A stretch of DNA of 64,000 nucleotides. Source: a virus. Position numbers and translations under genes: made by a program. The notes below the pieces were generated by a model that was not told the DNA's origin, made no database searches, and worked only from the letters and a program-made list of their open reading frames with translations. The stretch covers positions 1 through 64,000 of the IMG/VR virus record IMGVR_UViG_3300032092_000013; one strand, written 5' to 3'. Below, piece after piece: positions 20,094-29,587 of the stretch; position 1 is the stretch's first letter, and each line of letters starts with the position of its first letter.

Positions 20094-21029
20094 TTATTTT
20101 ATATAAAAATCAATAGTCTTCTTGAGCCCAGTTTCAAAAGATGTTTTAGGTAACCAACCCAATTCATTATTGATTTTTGAAAAGTCAATAGCATATCTGA
20201 AGTCGTGTCCTTTTCGGTCTTCTACAAACTCAATATATTCTTCATGATCTTTGCCTAATAATTTACAAATCGCTTTTGCGATTTGTAAATTATTCATTTC
20301 GCAATCACCACCTACATTATAAGTATCTCCGGATTTTCCTTTTAAAAGTATCTTCCAAATAGCTTCACAATGATCTTCTACATACAACCAATCACGAACA
20401 TTTTGACCAGTACCGTAAATTGGAATTTTTTTATTTTGATTTAAATTAGTAATAATTTTCGGAATTAATTTTTCTGTGTGTTGATTGGGTCCATAATTAT
20501 TGGAACAATTGCTAATTGTAGTATTCAATCCGTAGGTATGATGATAGGCGTTTACTAAGTGATCTGAAGCAGCTTTTGATGCTGAATACGGTGACCGTGG
20601 ATTGTAAGGTGTAGATTCTTTAAAAAAACCTATAGGTCCTAATGATCCATATACTTCATCTGTTGATACATGATGAAATCTTTCTAATTTACCATATTGT
20701 TTTGCGGCTTCTAGAAGAGAAAATGTACCGTTAATATTGGTATTAATAAAGGTCTCTGGTCCATTAATGCTATTGTCCACATGACTTTCAGCTGCAAAGT
20801 GAACAATATGTGTGATATTAAAATTGCATAAATGATTGAATATTAAATGTTGTCTATTGATAGATAATTCTAAATTTTTTATTTTTGTGTTAAAAATAAT
20901 ATTTGTCCTGTTTGCAGCATATGTAATTGAATCAATATTCAAAATCTGTTCTACTTCATCTTTTTTAGCGATAAAATTAATAAAATTACTGCCAATAAAA
21001 CCATATCCACCTGTAACTAAAATGTTCAT
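20094..21029 (-). CDS. rmlB: dTDP-glucose 4,6-dehydratase
   Basis: TGGYGFIGSN, AAESHVDNSI, STDEVYGSL, YSASK, NNYGP, EKLIP, DRKGHDFRYA. Confidence 0.93.
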   Translation of the reverse strand: MNILVTGGYGFIGSNFINFIAKKDEVEQILNIDSITYAANRTNIIFNTKIKNLELSINRQHLIFNHLCNFNITHIVHFAAESHVDNSINGPETFINTNINGTFSLLEAAKQYGKLERFHHVSTDEVYGSLGPIGFFKESTPYNPRSPYSASKAASDHLVNAYHHTYGLNTTISNCSNNYGPNQHTEKLIPKIITNLNQNKKIPIYGTGQNVRDWLYVEDHCEAIWKILLKGKSGDTYNVGGDCEMNNLQIAKAICKLLGKDHEEYIEFVEDRKGHDFRYAIDFSKINNELGWLPKTSFETGLKKTIDFYIK

Positions 21030-21061
21030 AGTTTATTTTAATTTTTCCGTAAATAAAATCA

Positions 21062-21823
21062 ATGGCTATTAAAAAAGATGATATTAATATTCTTGATTTG
21101 CCGGTGGTAGAAAATGTAGCTGCTGGTGATTATTTAGTATTAGAAACACCTGATGGTACTTCTATTATCGATTATGAAAATTTTATCATCGGGCCAGAAA
21201 ATACTACTCTATCAGTAACTGTGTCAACTATAGCAAATGATGTAGTAGCTATTAATGAAAATTTAATAAGTACTATCGATACATTATCAACAGAAATTTA
21301 TGATAACTTTAAGCAAGTATATATAGGTACTGCAAATATTACTATAGATTCGGGGCATACGGCAACTTCTTATTTGGATCCCATTCCACCCAGAGAATTA
21401 GAAACTTTAGAAGATAAAGATTTTATTGTAATACCGGCTAATGAAGCTGCTTGTCTTTATCCTTGTTATATAACCGACATTAATAATACAGAGGCTGGCT
21501 GGGGTACTTTTTCAGTATATGCTCCATTTAAGAAAAATAATACTGCTATACAAGGCTCTGTTACGTCAGACTTGAGAAGTAAAGGATTAAATATTGATAC
21601 ATCACAAATGGGTATTCAATACACAAATGGGTTAGTAGATACTTTTGATTGGAATGGATTTGAAATGGCTATTAAAGATTTTATTACTAAAAATTATTAC
21701 GCTACGAGTCAGGGTGTAACACAAGAAAATCCACAAACCATCAATGAAGATGTTGTGGATTTTACAGCTGATGTTTTGGATGAAAAACCTACCTATATTA
21801 TTAAGGTTGTTAGGACTTACTAA
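21062..21823 (+). CDS. Late putative virion protein
   Basis: TAAATA 6 nt upstream. N-terminal INILDLP..E.V..GDYLV resembles the KISEL-type N-termini of the collar fibres. Confidence 0.5.
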   Translation: MAIKKDDINILDLPVVENVAAGDYLVLETPDGTSIIDYENFIIGPENTTLSVTVSTIANDVVAINENLISTIDTLSTEIYDNFKQVYIGTANITIDSGHTATSYLDPIPPRELETLEDKDFIVIPANEAACLYPCYITDINNTEAGWGTFSVYAPFKKNNTAIQGSVTSDLRSKGLNIDTSQMGIQYTNGLVDTFDWNGFEMAIKDFITKNYYATSQGVTQENPQTINEDVVDFTADVLDEKPTYIIKVVRTY

Positions 21824-22553
21824 TTTCTTTCTTTAATTCATTAAGCATTGCAATTTGCTCTTTCTTGAATTGTTCTGAATAGTGTGTGTCTTTTTGTTCT
21901 TCTAGAAGAGCTTTTAATTCTTTGAGGTTTTCTTCAGAAAATAATGTATCGTGCTCTGCTCCAAAGACATCACCATTTGCATTTAAATATTGCTTAATTA
22001 ATTGAATACGTTGCTCTCTATTACCGAAAATTTCAATTACACCTGGTGAATCGTCAGCTGGAAAAAATGGTGTAGAATTTAAATTACATTGATATTGTTG
22101 AACAATAGCTTTAAAAATATTATCAATTTCTTGAATATATTCAGGATCAGATTCACGTCTACCGTCATTAACAATAGTTACTGGAGACATCTTTGATATG
22201 GGTAAAAAGAAAATAATATCTAAAAACCTCATACTTTCTTTTACTAAAGGAATGCATTTAGAAATAAATGCATCATCTACTTTTTTATATCCATTTGCCC
22301 AAAGTGAATAAATTAAATTATCTAGTGGGCATCGATCAAAAATTACATAATCATCTTTACTATACTTTTGTAATTCATCAATCATGTTATTCAAGATCAT
22401 CCATTGTGTATCTTGATCTGTACTCTTACTATGATTCTTTAATAAAGAACGATAAGTATAATTATTTTTTGTATAATTTGGCCATTCTTTAATAAAGTCC
22501 TCGATTAGCGTGGTTTTTCCAATATTTGATGTACCACTAATAGCAATTCTCAT
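21810..22553 (-). CDS. P-loop nucleoside/nucleotide kinase-like protein (AAA_28/dNMP kinase type)
   Basis: MRIAISGTSNIGKTT, IFDRCPLDNLIYS. The likely start is ATG 22553. Confidence 0.7.
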   Translation of the reverse strand: MRIAISGTSNIGKTTLIEDFIKEWPNYTKNNYTYRSLLKNHSKSTDQDTQWMILNNMIDELQKYSKDDYVIFDRCPLDNLIYSLWANGYKKVDDAFISKCIPLVKESMRFLDIIFFLPISKMSPVTIVNDGRRESDPEYIQEIDNIFKAIVQQYQCNLNSTPFFPADDSPGVIEIFGNREQRIQLIKQYLNANGDVFGAEHDTLFSEENLKELKALLEEQKDTHYSEQFKKEQIAMLNELKKEISKS

Positions 22554-22557
22554 AATA

Positions 22558-22965
22558 TTAATTATCTTCTTCTTCAGTAGAGTCAATGACAGTGTTTTTT
22601 GTTACATTTAAAATAGTTTGTAAATATCGAATATCTCTAAATGTAAATTTACATACATTTAATTTTAAAGCATCTTTAACAGGTGCCCAAATATATTTTA
22701 AATGTTCATCTGATAATTTGATATGATTCAATTTTAATCTACCAATATATAAACAAATATTATAACTAGTAAATCCTATACGATGGTAATATTTTAATTG
22801 TTGTCCTGTTTCTTCATGAACTTCTCTTTGCAGAGCTTGTTCAAATGTTTCATTTTGATCTACATGACCACCGGGTAAATGATATTTGTTTAAATGTTTA
22901 GATAACAAGAGTAACACTTTATCACCATTCATGATAAAGATTTTTGAAACTTTTTGTGTATCCAT
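22558..22965 (-). CDS. Nudix hydrolase
   Basis: Nudix box GGHVDQNETFEQALQREVHEETG. Confidence 0.9.
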   Translation of the reverse strand: MDTQKVSKIFIMNGDKVLLLLSKHLNKYHLPGGHVDQNETFEQALQREVHEETGQQLKYYHRIGFTSYNICLYIGRLKLNHIKLSDEHLKYIWAPVKDALKLNVCKFTFRDIRYLQTILNVTKNTVIDSTEEEDN

Positions 22966-22966
22966 A

Positions 22967-23719
22967 TTAAACTTTAAGAGCTTTATTCCAAAGTACTAAA
23001 TGTAGTCTGGGTGAAAAATTAACATTCCATTGCCTAGCCCATTCAGCTACTTGTGTCGCTTTCTCGGTATGTTCTTCTCGAGAACCACAACAGGGCATAA
23101 ACCAAATATCTTTATTATCTAAAAATAATTTATTGATATATTTTTCAACAATTTCATCAATATCATCCTCGGATTGAACCACAAATTTAAAAGATGAACG
23201 ATTGCTATTCTTATGCCACTTTAGAGCATCAAGATTATATCGCTTCTTCTCTGGATCACCGTTAGAAGATAATTTTGGTGATACAGTAAATGTCGCACCT
23301 AGATCTAACCATTCATCTGATGGTACTAATGTACCATTTGTTTCAAAATCAATTTTTGGAATAAATCCATTTTTTAATTCAAAATAACTAATAAATTTTA
23401 ATAATTTCTTTTCTTGTAAGAAAGGTTCTCCTCCAGTAAGCTTAAGAATAGCTCCAGCTTTTAATCTCTCGATAAAGCCATTATCAAGCATATATTGATC
23501 AATCTCTTTAAATGCCATCTTGTTCTTAACAGACCAAGAAACAAATGAATCACATCCATGCGGCGAATCAGGAGATGCAAATCCTTTACAAGTAAGATTA
23601 CACATTGATAAACGTAAGAATACAGAAGGCATGCCAACATACTTACCTTCTCCTTCTAACGTATAAAAGAGTTTATCATCAGAGATAAACATAGTTTCAT
23701 TATCATCTAAATTATCCAT
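22967..23719 (-). CDS. queE: 7-carboxy-7-deazaguanine synthase (radical SAM)
   Basis: FYTLEGEG..VGMPSVFLRL, CNLTC-x11-CDS, TGGEP, ETNG, TVSPKL, PRLH. Confidence 0.88.
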   Translation of the reverse strand: MDNLDDNETMFISDDKLFYTLEGEGKYVGMPSVFLRLSMCNLTCKGFASPDSPHGCDSFVSWSVKNKMAFKEIDQYMLDNGFIERLKAGAILKLTGGEPFLQEKKLLKFISYFELKNGFIPKIDFETNGTLVPSDEWLDLGATFTVSPKLSSNGDPEKKRYNLDALKWHKNSNRSSFKFVVQSEDDIDEIVEKYINKLFLDNKDIWFMPCCGSREEHTEKATQVAEWARQWNVNFSPRLHLVLWNKALKV

Positions 23720-23768
23720 GTTTTATAATAACGTGAGCATGTATGCAAATCACCCATAAATAAGTTTA

Positions 23769-24536
23769 ATGGCCAAGAAAACCAGAAAACGGATGCAAGA
23801 AGAAGAGGATCTCAAATTAGATGCAGATGTACTTCTTCATAACCTAGAAGTTAGCAAACGAAAAGATTGGTTTTGTAATTTTAAAATACAAAACAAATTC
23901 AAACTGAATGATGTTCATAATTCATTCCTTGAAATGCTAATGTATGATCAAACAAAAATGGTATTTGTTGATGGGCCTGCCGGGACAGCTAAAACCTATC
24001 TTGCGGTATTAGCCGGATTACAAATGCTCAAAACAAAATCTATTAATAATATTATCTATATTAGAAGTATAGTAGAAAGTGCTTCGAAAAGTATGGGATC
24101 TTTGCCTGGTGAATTGCAAGAAAAGTTTCAACCATGGTCATTGCCTTTAATAGAGAAACTAGATGAATTAGTAGGCCCAAAAATTGGTGGGGATCTCATG
24201 AGAGATAATTTTGTTAAATGCATGCCTGTTAATTTCGTCCGAGGTTTAACATTCAGAGATTCTGTTGTTATTGTAGATGAAGCGCAGAATATGAATTCTG
24301 CTGAATTGACAACTATTTTGACGCGTTTTGGGGAGAATTCAAAATATATTATTATAGGTGATTCATTTCAAGCAGATATTGGAAATAAATCAGGATTTTC
24401 CAAAATTAGACATGTTTTTAATAATGAAGAAAGTGAAGAACAAGGTATTCACACCTTCCTCTTCACTGAAAATGAAGTTGTAAGATCTCAGATTCTTAAA
24501 TTTATTGTGAAGAAGTTAGAGTCGGTACAACACTAG
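23769..24536 (+). CDS. phoH: PhoH-family ATPase
   Basis: GPAGTAKTYLA, MGSLPG, RGLTF, VDEAQN, LTRFGENS..IIIGD.FQAD. Confidence 0.92.
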   Translation: MAKKTRKRMQEEEDLKLDADVLLHNLEVSKRKDWFCNFKIQNKFKLNDVHNSFLEMLMYDQTKMVFVDGPAGTAKTYLAVLAGLQMLKTKSINNIIYIRSIVESASKSMGSLPGELQEKFQPWSLPLIEKLDELVGPKIGGDLMRDNFVKCMPVNFVRGLTFRDSVVIVDEAQNMNSAELTTILTRFGENSKYIIIGDSFQADIGNKSGFSKIRHVFNNEESEEQGIHTFLFTENEVVRSQILKFIVKKLESVQH

Positions 24537-24702
24537 ATTTTTCCAATTCTAATAATTCTTTTAAAGCATCTTCGAAAGAAACAAATTTTACATCTGTTTT
24601 AGGGCTCGATTGTTTTATATCGGGCCCTAAAATTTCATTCATTTTTGAAAATATATTATTTTCAAGTCCTACTAAATTTGGATCTCTTTCTCTTTTTATC
24701 AT
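24502..24702 (-). CDS. Small hypothetical protein
   Basis: Start overlaps the queD stop (ATGA). Confidence 0.5.
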   Translation of the reverse strand: MIKRERDPNLVGLENNIFSKMNEILGPDIKQSSPKTDVKFVSFEDALKELLELEKSSVVPTLTSSQ

Positions 24703-25280
24703 CCCCAGCTAGTTCCTTTAAATAAACCACCCAGTCCTGTTGTTACTTGATTACCAACGGCTGCACCATGACTTACTCGCGTTGCTGCTGGTGGTACTGG
24801 TGTTGTAGCTGCTTGTACAACAGCTTCTGTTAAAGTTTTACCCTCATATGTCGCAGAATTAAGATCGTGCTCCCATACTTCTACTTTTTCTACCCAACAC
24901 CTTCCATTTGTTAATGTTTTGATATGTTCTGATGCGAGATTGAAACAGAATTCTGCTGTTCTTTCAATGCCAACACCGTTAGGCATGATTCTTAAATCAC
25001 AAGCCTTCGCATCATGTAATTGTTGAAATAAAGACAATTGAGGATCATCACCGGCGATGCACAATGTATGATCAAATTGATCCTGTAATTTTGCTTTAAG
25101 TTCTTTAAGACCACCAAAGTCTACAGCCCAATTACGTTCGTCTAATTCTGAACAACCAAACCAAAATTTAGCCTTTAACTGATATCCGTGCACGTAACTG
25201 CATCTGGAGTGTACTGCCCTCCATTGTCTAAATGCACAAGAACCTAATTCAATTATCTTAGTAGAGACATATGTACACAT
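24699..25280 (-). CDS. queD: 6-carboxy-tetrahydropterin synthase
   Basis: CAFRQWRA.HSRCSYVHGY, VDFGGLK, FDHT, VEVWEH..NSA. Confidence 0.88.
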   Translation of the reverse strand: MCTYVSTKIIELGSCAFRQWRAVHSRCSYVHGYQLKAKFWFGCSELDERNWAVDFGGLKELKAKLQDQFDHTLCIAGDDPQLSLFQQLHDAKACDLRIMPNGVGIERTAEFCFNLASEHIKTLTNGRCWVEKVEVWEHDLNSATYEGKTLTEAVVQAATTPVPPAATRVSHGAAVGNQVTTGLGGLFKGTSWG

Positions 25281-25313
25281 AAAAATATCATAAACCTTAA
25301 ATAAAGATAATCT

Positions 25314-26072
25314 ATGGATAATATGATAAAAATATCAGAATTGCAAAAAGCATACCCGCTTGATGAAAATGATGTTTTTGTTGTCAATCAAGAGAATCCT
25401 AAAAACAAAGTTCTCGAAACACGTTATACAACAACTAGTGATATTTCAAAATTTATCGAAGCAGCTGTCAATAAAATACTGTTGAAACAAATTCCTATTG
25501 GTTGTGTAAAGATGTATGCTGGTGATATAACACAATTTGATAAACTCGAAGGATGGCTGGTATGTAATGGCCAAGCAGTTTCGCGGGTTAGATACTCAGA
25601 ACTGTATAAAGTGATAGGAGGTATATATGGAACCCCTACCGCAGAAACATTCATATTACCTGACTTTAGAGGGAAAATACCTTTGGGATATTGCGGCACA
25701 AACAAACAACCCATATTATTAGGTGATACAGGAATTGAAGTTTCATTGGCCGAAACTGGAGGCGAATATAGACATCGTTTAACAGAGAGTGAATTAGCAT
25801 CACATACACACCCAGACGCCGGTCATAAGCACAGACATTTTGATGTAACCAGAACACCCAGTTCTATAAATGATCTTACTGGAGGCGACAGAGTTTGGAG
25901 TGCTGTTAAAAATAAAAAAATTTACGATCAAGTAAAAAAAGATTTAGAAGTTGCTCCAGAATATTATTCGTTATCTAAAACAGGCAATGCTGATATTCAG
26001 AATGCCGGTGGTGATATACCACATAATAATATACAACCTTATCTAGCTGTAAATTATATTATAAAATATTAA
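25314..26072 (+). CDS. Tail-collar domain short fibre, paralogue 1
   Basis: PIGCVKMYAG, GWLVCNGQAVSR..Y.ELY.VIG, F.LPDFRG, HTH/HKH motifs, HNNIQPYLAVNYIIKY. Confidence 0.85.
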   Translation: MDNMIKISELQKAYPLDENDVFVVNQENPKNKVLETRYTTTSDISKFIEAAVNKILLKQIPIGCVKMYAGDITQFDKLEGWLVCNGQAVSRVRYSELYKVIGGIYGTPTAETFILPDFRGKIPLGYCGTNKQPILLGDTGIEVSLAETGGEYRHRLTESELASHTHPDAGHKHRHFDVTRTPSSINDLTGGDRVWSAVKNKKIYDQVKKDLEVAPEYYSLSKTGNADIQNAGGDIPHNNIQPYLAVNYIIKY

Positions 26073-26482
26073 CAAAATAAAGCATTTTTATATACTGCTA
26101 AAATATCAAAATCAGACATTCCTTTTTCTCTCAAAAAGGCTTCAACACATTCTGGTGTATGAGCCATGTAAATAGATTTTAATAGAATTTCATCTGCTAA
26201 TCCTTTATTAATTAAAAATTGTAATGCATTAATTTTTAACTTCTCTACCGGATTTAAAGTATCTTGTATTGATACAATAGTTTTAGGTAGATCAACAGCT
26301 AATCCAATATTTTCCACATATACTGTATAAAAGGTTTCTTTTTCTGCTAATATATAGCCTTCATATCCATTATATTTTAATATTTCACCTGAGGTACAGT
26401 TAGCGGGATCAACTTTAAGCTTTACTCTAACCAATTGACTATCTTTAAGACTATTCTCAATAACCTTATTAAAACGCTTCAT
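26069..26482 (-). CDS. Late hypothetical protein, putative head-internal protein
   Basis: TAAATA 5 nt upstream. N-terminus MKRFNKVIE. Confidence 0.55.
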   Translation of the reverse strand: MKRFNKVIENSLKDSQLVRVKLKVDPANCTSGEILKYNGYEGYILAEKETFYTVYVENIGLAVDLPKTIVSIQDTLNPVEKLKINALQFLINKGLADEILLKSIYMAHTPECVEAFLREKGMSDFDILAVYKNALFC

Positions 26483-26515
26483 GTTTATATTTATGATTTT
26501 TATTAAATATGTGTA

Positions 26516-27580
26516 ATGGCTGACTTTCCTGTTAAAATTTCAGAATTAGATAAATCTTATAGTCTATCAGCTAGCCCTATTTCTATATTGATTAATCAAC
26601 GAAATGAAAATAATACATTTGAAACAAAGTCATTGCCATTATCTGTTATAACACAATTTGCAAAAGAAGAAGCTAAAAAACTACTATCTGGATTTATTGA
26701 AGTAGGTACAATAATCCCATTTGCAGGAAAGGTATTGGGTCAAGAATCTATAAAAGGGTGGTTACTGTGTAATGGCAGGCAAGTAAGAAAGGATGATTAC
26801 CCGGAGCTATGGAATAAATTGGGCGAAACATATGGTCCAGCTGATAATGTATTATTTTCCTTACCTGATTTAAAGGGTCGTATAGAAATGGGATATTCGC
26901 ATACTGGAGAATCATATGAACCCAATTTTGGAAATTGGCCTGCGGGGGAAGAATTACATCTAGGGGAAGGTAATAATGCAAATTACCCTGATAGGGGTGA
27001 ATTCTTTCATCAGTTAAAAGATGAAAATATTCAAAACCATATCCATTCTGTACCAGTGCATACGCATAAGATTTTTAATTATGCAAACATGGCTGATTAT
27101 AATCGCGGAAAAGGTAGATGGGTTATAAGATGGGGGCCTGTTTATGGGTTTTTTGATACAAAGCAAAATCAAAATATAGAATCAGATTCCATAAATTGGA
27201 TAAATTTGCAGGGGTTGTCACCAACTCCTGGTAATATTGATCATGTTTATTTTGGCGTTGGCGGTGCGCAGGTGGGTCTAATAGCCAGCAAAAATTATGA
27301 AAAAATTTTATTTAATCGATTAAATTATAAATCATATTATCCCGAAAGAATAAGAGCGGTTAAGAAATATATCAGTAATAATCCCATAAGAACTATTTTT
27401 ACATATAAAAAAGAATTTATAGATGAAATAAAAAACAGAAACAAAAAGCCCTTTCCTATAATAGATCCGCAGTATGATAATAATGTAAAATTCGGTACCG
27501 ATCATGGGTCACGAGGGGGCGATCAGTTTCATTCTAATATACAACCCAATGTTGCAATGAATTTTTTAATTAAATATTAA
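26516..27580 (+). CDS. Tail-collar domain short fibre, paralogue 2
   Basis: VGTIIPFAG, GWLLCNG, FSLPDLKGR, HIH/HTH, HSNIQPNVAMNFLIKY. Confidence 0.85.
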   Translation: MADFPVKISELDKSYSLSASPISILINQRNENNTFETKSLPLSVITQFAKEEAKKLLSGFIEVGTIIPFAGKVLGQESIKGWLLCNGRQVRKDDYPELWNKLGETYGPADNVLFSLPDLKGRIEMGYSHTGESYEPNFGNWPAGEELHLGEGNNANYPDRGEFFHQLKDENIQNHIHSVPVHTHKIFNYANMADYNRGKGRWVIRWGPVYGFFDTKQNQNIESDSINWINLQGLSPTPGNIDHVYFGVGGAQVGLIASKNYEKILFNRLNYKSYYPERIRAVKKYISNNPIRTIFTYKKEFIDEIKNRNKKPFPIIDPQYDNNVKFGTDHGSRGGDQFHSNIQPNVAMNFLIKY

Positions 27581-27581
27581 A

Positions 27582-28397
27582 ATGGATGATCGAATACCTA
27601 TATCGAATTTAAAAACAGCATATACCCTTTTAGGTGATGAAGCTTTTGTCGTAAATCAAAAAAATCCTGTAGATAAAAAACTAGAAACGAGATATACACC
27701 ACTAAATGATTTAATGTCTTATATAAAAGGAGAAATAAAAGAATCTCTTGAGGAAGTGATGCCTATAGGATCCATAAAGGCATATACTGGAAAAGTAACT
27801 AACGTAGATAGTATTCCAGGATGGTTATTATGCAATGGTGATATGGTGTCTAGGACAAAATACAAGAAGTTATATGATGTGATAGGTAGTTTATATGGAC
27901 CAACGGGCGCAGAATCCTTTTCTTTACCAGACTTAAGAGGTAGGGTAATTATGGGATATTGTAATGGGACGTCACCTCTTAATCCTTTATTTGGAAATTG
28001 GAAATCAGGACAAAATATTTCCTTAGGAAAAAATCCAGGTGCCGCAGGAGAATTTTATCATCCATTAACACAATCAGAATTACCGTCACATTCACACCCA
28101 AATAGCCACACTCACCAATATTTCAATATTGCGCATCTAGACTATAGATATATTGATATGTATAGAGTGCACGGTAATTACTCTAGAGGCAATGCTGTAA
28201 TTTCATTTGCACCGGCAGATAAGGCAGCTAAAGCTATTGAAGAGTCTAAAAATAACGACACAACGTTTTCACCTGATGTATCTGCTTATGTAGGCGAAAC
28301 CAGTCCAGCTGGGGGCTTTACGGGAACAGCTGGAGATAATGTCGCTCATAATAACATGCAACCATTTGTTACAGTGAATTATCTTATAAAATATTGA
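27582..28397 (+). CDS. Tail-collar domain short fibre, paralogue 3
   Basis: PIGSIKAYTG, GWLLCNG, FSLPDLRGR, ELPSHSH..SHTH, HNNMQPFVTVNYLIKY. Confidence 0.85.
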   Translation: MDDRIPISNLKTAYTLLGDEAFVVNQKNPVDKKLETRYTPLNDLMSYIKGEIKESLEEVMPIGSIKAYTGKVTNVDSIPGWLLCNGDMVSRTKYKKLYDVIGSLYGPTGAESFSLPDLRGRVIMGYCNGTSPLNPLFGNWKSGQNISLGKNPGAAGEFYHPLTQSELPSHSHPNSHTHQYFNIAHLDYRYIDMYRVHGNYSRGNAVISFAPADKAAKAIEESKNNDTTFSPDVSAYVGETSPAGGFTGTAGDNVAHNNMQPFVTVNYLIKY

Positions 28398-28421
28398 TAT
28401 CAAACGAAACCATTTTATAAT
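28394..28421 (+). promoter_or_regulatory. Sigma70-like early promoter of folE containing the AAACGAAACCA box
   Basis: TTGATA-16-TATAAT, 6 nt before the ATG. Confidence 0.6.
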
Positions 28422-28427
28422 GGTTTA

Positions 28428-29081
28428 ATGTCTAAACTAGGTAATAAATTATTGACAAGAGCTAATGGTAATTTGCCATTAGATGAATCTGATAAAAAGG
28501 CTGTTATTGAGAAAGCAGCCGCAGCATATGCTCAATTCTTAGATGCATTACAATTTGATTGGAAATCTGATACTAATAGTGCTGATACACCTAGACGTGT
28601 AGCTAAAGCATTTGTTAATGATCTTATTTCTGGATGTTATAATGAACCTCCTAATATCACAGCATTTGATAATGAAGATGGTTATGATGGAATGGTTTGT
28701 CAAAACAATATCAAAGTAACATCTCTTTGTTCACATCACCACGCAGCCTTTACTGGTGTAGCTCATGTAGCTTATATTCCATCACCAGAAGGTAAAGTTA
28801 TTGGATTATCTAAATTGAATCGTATTGTTGATTGGTTTTCTAGGAGACCGCAAATTCAAGAAGGACTAACTTCACAAATTCATGACTATGTTAATAGTAT
28901 CTGTGAAGGTAATAAAGGTGTTGCTGTTCTTATTGAATGTAAACATACATGTTGTTCCAATAGAGGTATCAAACAGGATTCTACTATGAGAACAGCTAAG
29001 ATGTCAGGAGCTTATATGGATAATGGTAATAATGCTCGAGCTGAGTTCTATAAGTTTGTTGAATTCTCTCAGTCTCGTTAA
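28428..29081 (+). CDS. folE: GTP cyclohydrolase I
   Basis: DTPRRVAK, SLCSHH, GLSKLNRIV, RRPQIQE, HTCCSNRG. Confidence 0.95.
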   Translation: MSKLGNKLLTRANGNLPLDESDKKAVIEKAAAAYAQFLDALQFDWKSDTNSADTPRRVAKAFVNDLISGCYNEPPNITAFDNEDGYDGMVCQNNIKVTSLCSHHHAAFTGVAHVAYIPSPEGKVIGLSKLNRIVDWFSRRPQIQEGLTSQIHDYVNSICEGNKGVAVLIECKHTCCSNRGIKQDSTMRTAKMSGAYMDNGNNARAEFYKFVEFSQSR

Positions 29082-29587
29082 GCAGCGTTACTAGTACCAC
29101 CAGTAGCAGTTATATTTGTAGGAGGTAATGCCGGAGTAATATTACTTGCGGCATTATTTTTTTGTCCTTGTTGTAATTTTCTTTTTGCTATTTCAATAAT
29201 CTTTTTTTGTTGATCTTGCGGTATGGTTTTCCATGTATTGGTATCAACAACTGTTTTTGATTGATTAAATTTACCTAATTCATTTTTCAATTCAGGATCT
29301 TGTTTAAGCATTTCTGCAGCTGCAGCTTTATGATCATCATTATTGTCTAAATCCAAAGAACTGCTAGATAATGAAGGTGCAACAGTTTCGAACAAGTAAG
29401 CCTTTAATAAATCATTACACAATGAATCAAATGATTCTCTGACATTAATATTAAGTGCAGTTAAATGTTTTTGCGCTTCTGTTTTTGTTTTATGTGCTTT
29501 GAGGTTTTTCTTTTTACCTGTTTTGGCATTAACAACAAAGTAACCTGAACCTTGTTTTTTTATTTTATAAGGCATATTATACTTCAC
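29078..29587 (-). CDS. Hypothetical protein, putative head-internal protein
   Basis: Basic N-terminal module MPYKIKKQGSGYFVV...HKTKTEA..HL.AL..NVRE, followed by SFDSL...LFE. Confidence 0.55.
   Translation of the reverse strand: MKYNMPYKIKKQGSGYFVVNAKTGKKKNLKAHKTKTEAQKHLTALNINVRESFDSLCNDLLKAYLFETVAPSLSSSSLDLDNNDDHKAAAAEMLKQDPELKNELGKFNQSKTVVDTNTWKTIPQDQQKKIIEIAKRKLQQGQKNNAASNITPALPPTNITATGGTSNAA

Noticed and set aside
7712-21029. Bacterial O-antigen locus, implying host chromosome or a prophage boundary
   Set aside because: The island is flanked on both sides by T4-like core genes with the same promoter grammar. There is no flippase/polymerase, integrase or housekeeping gene.
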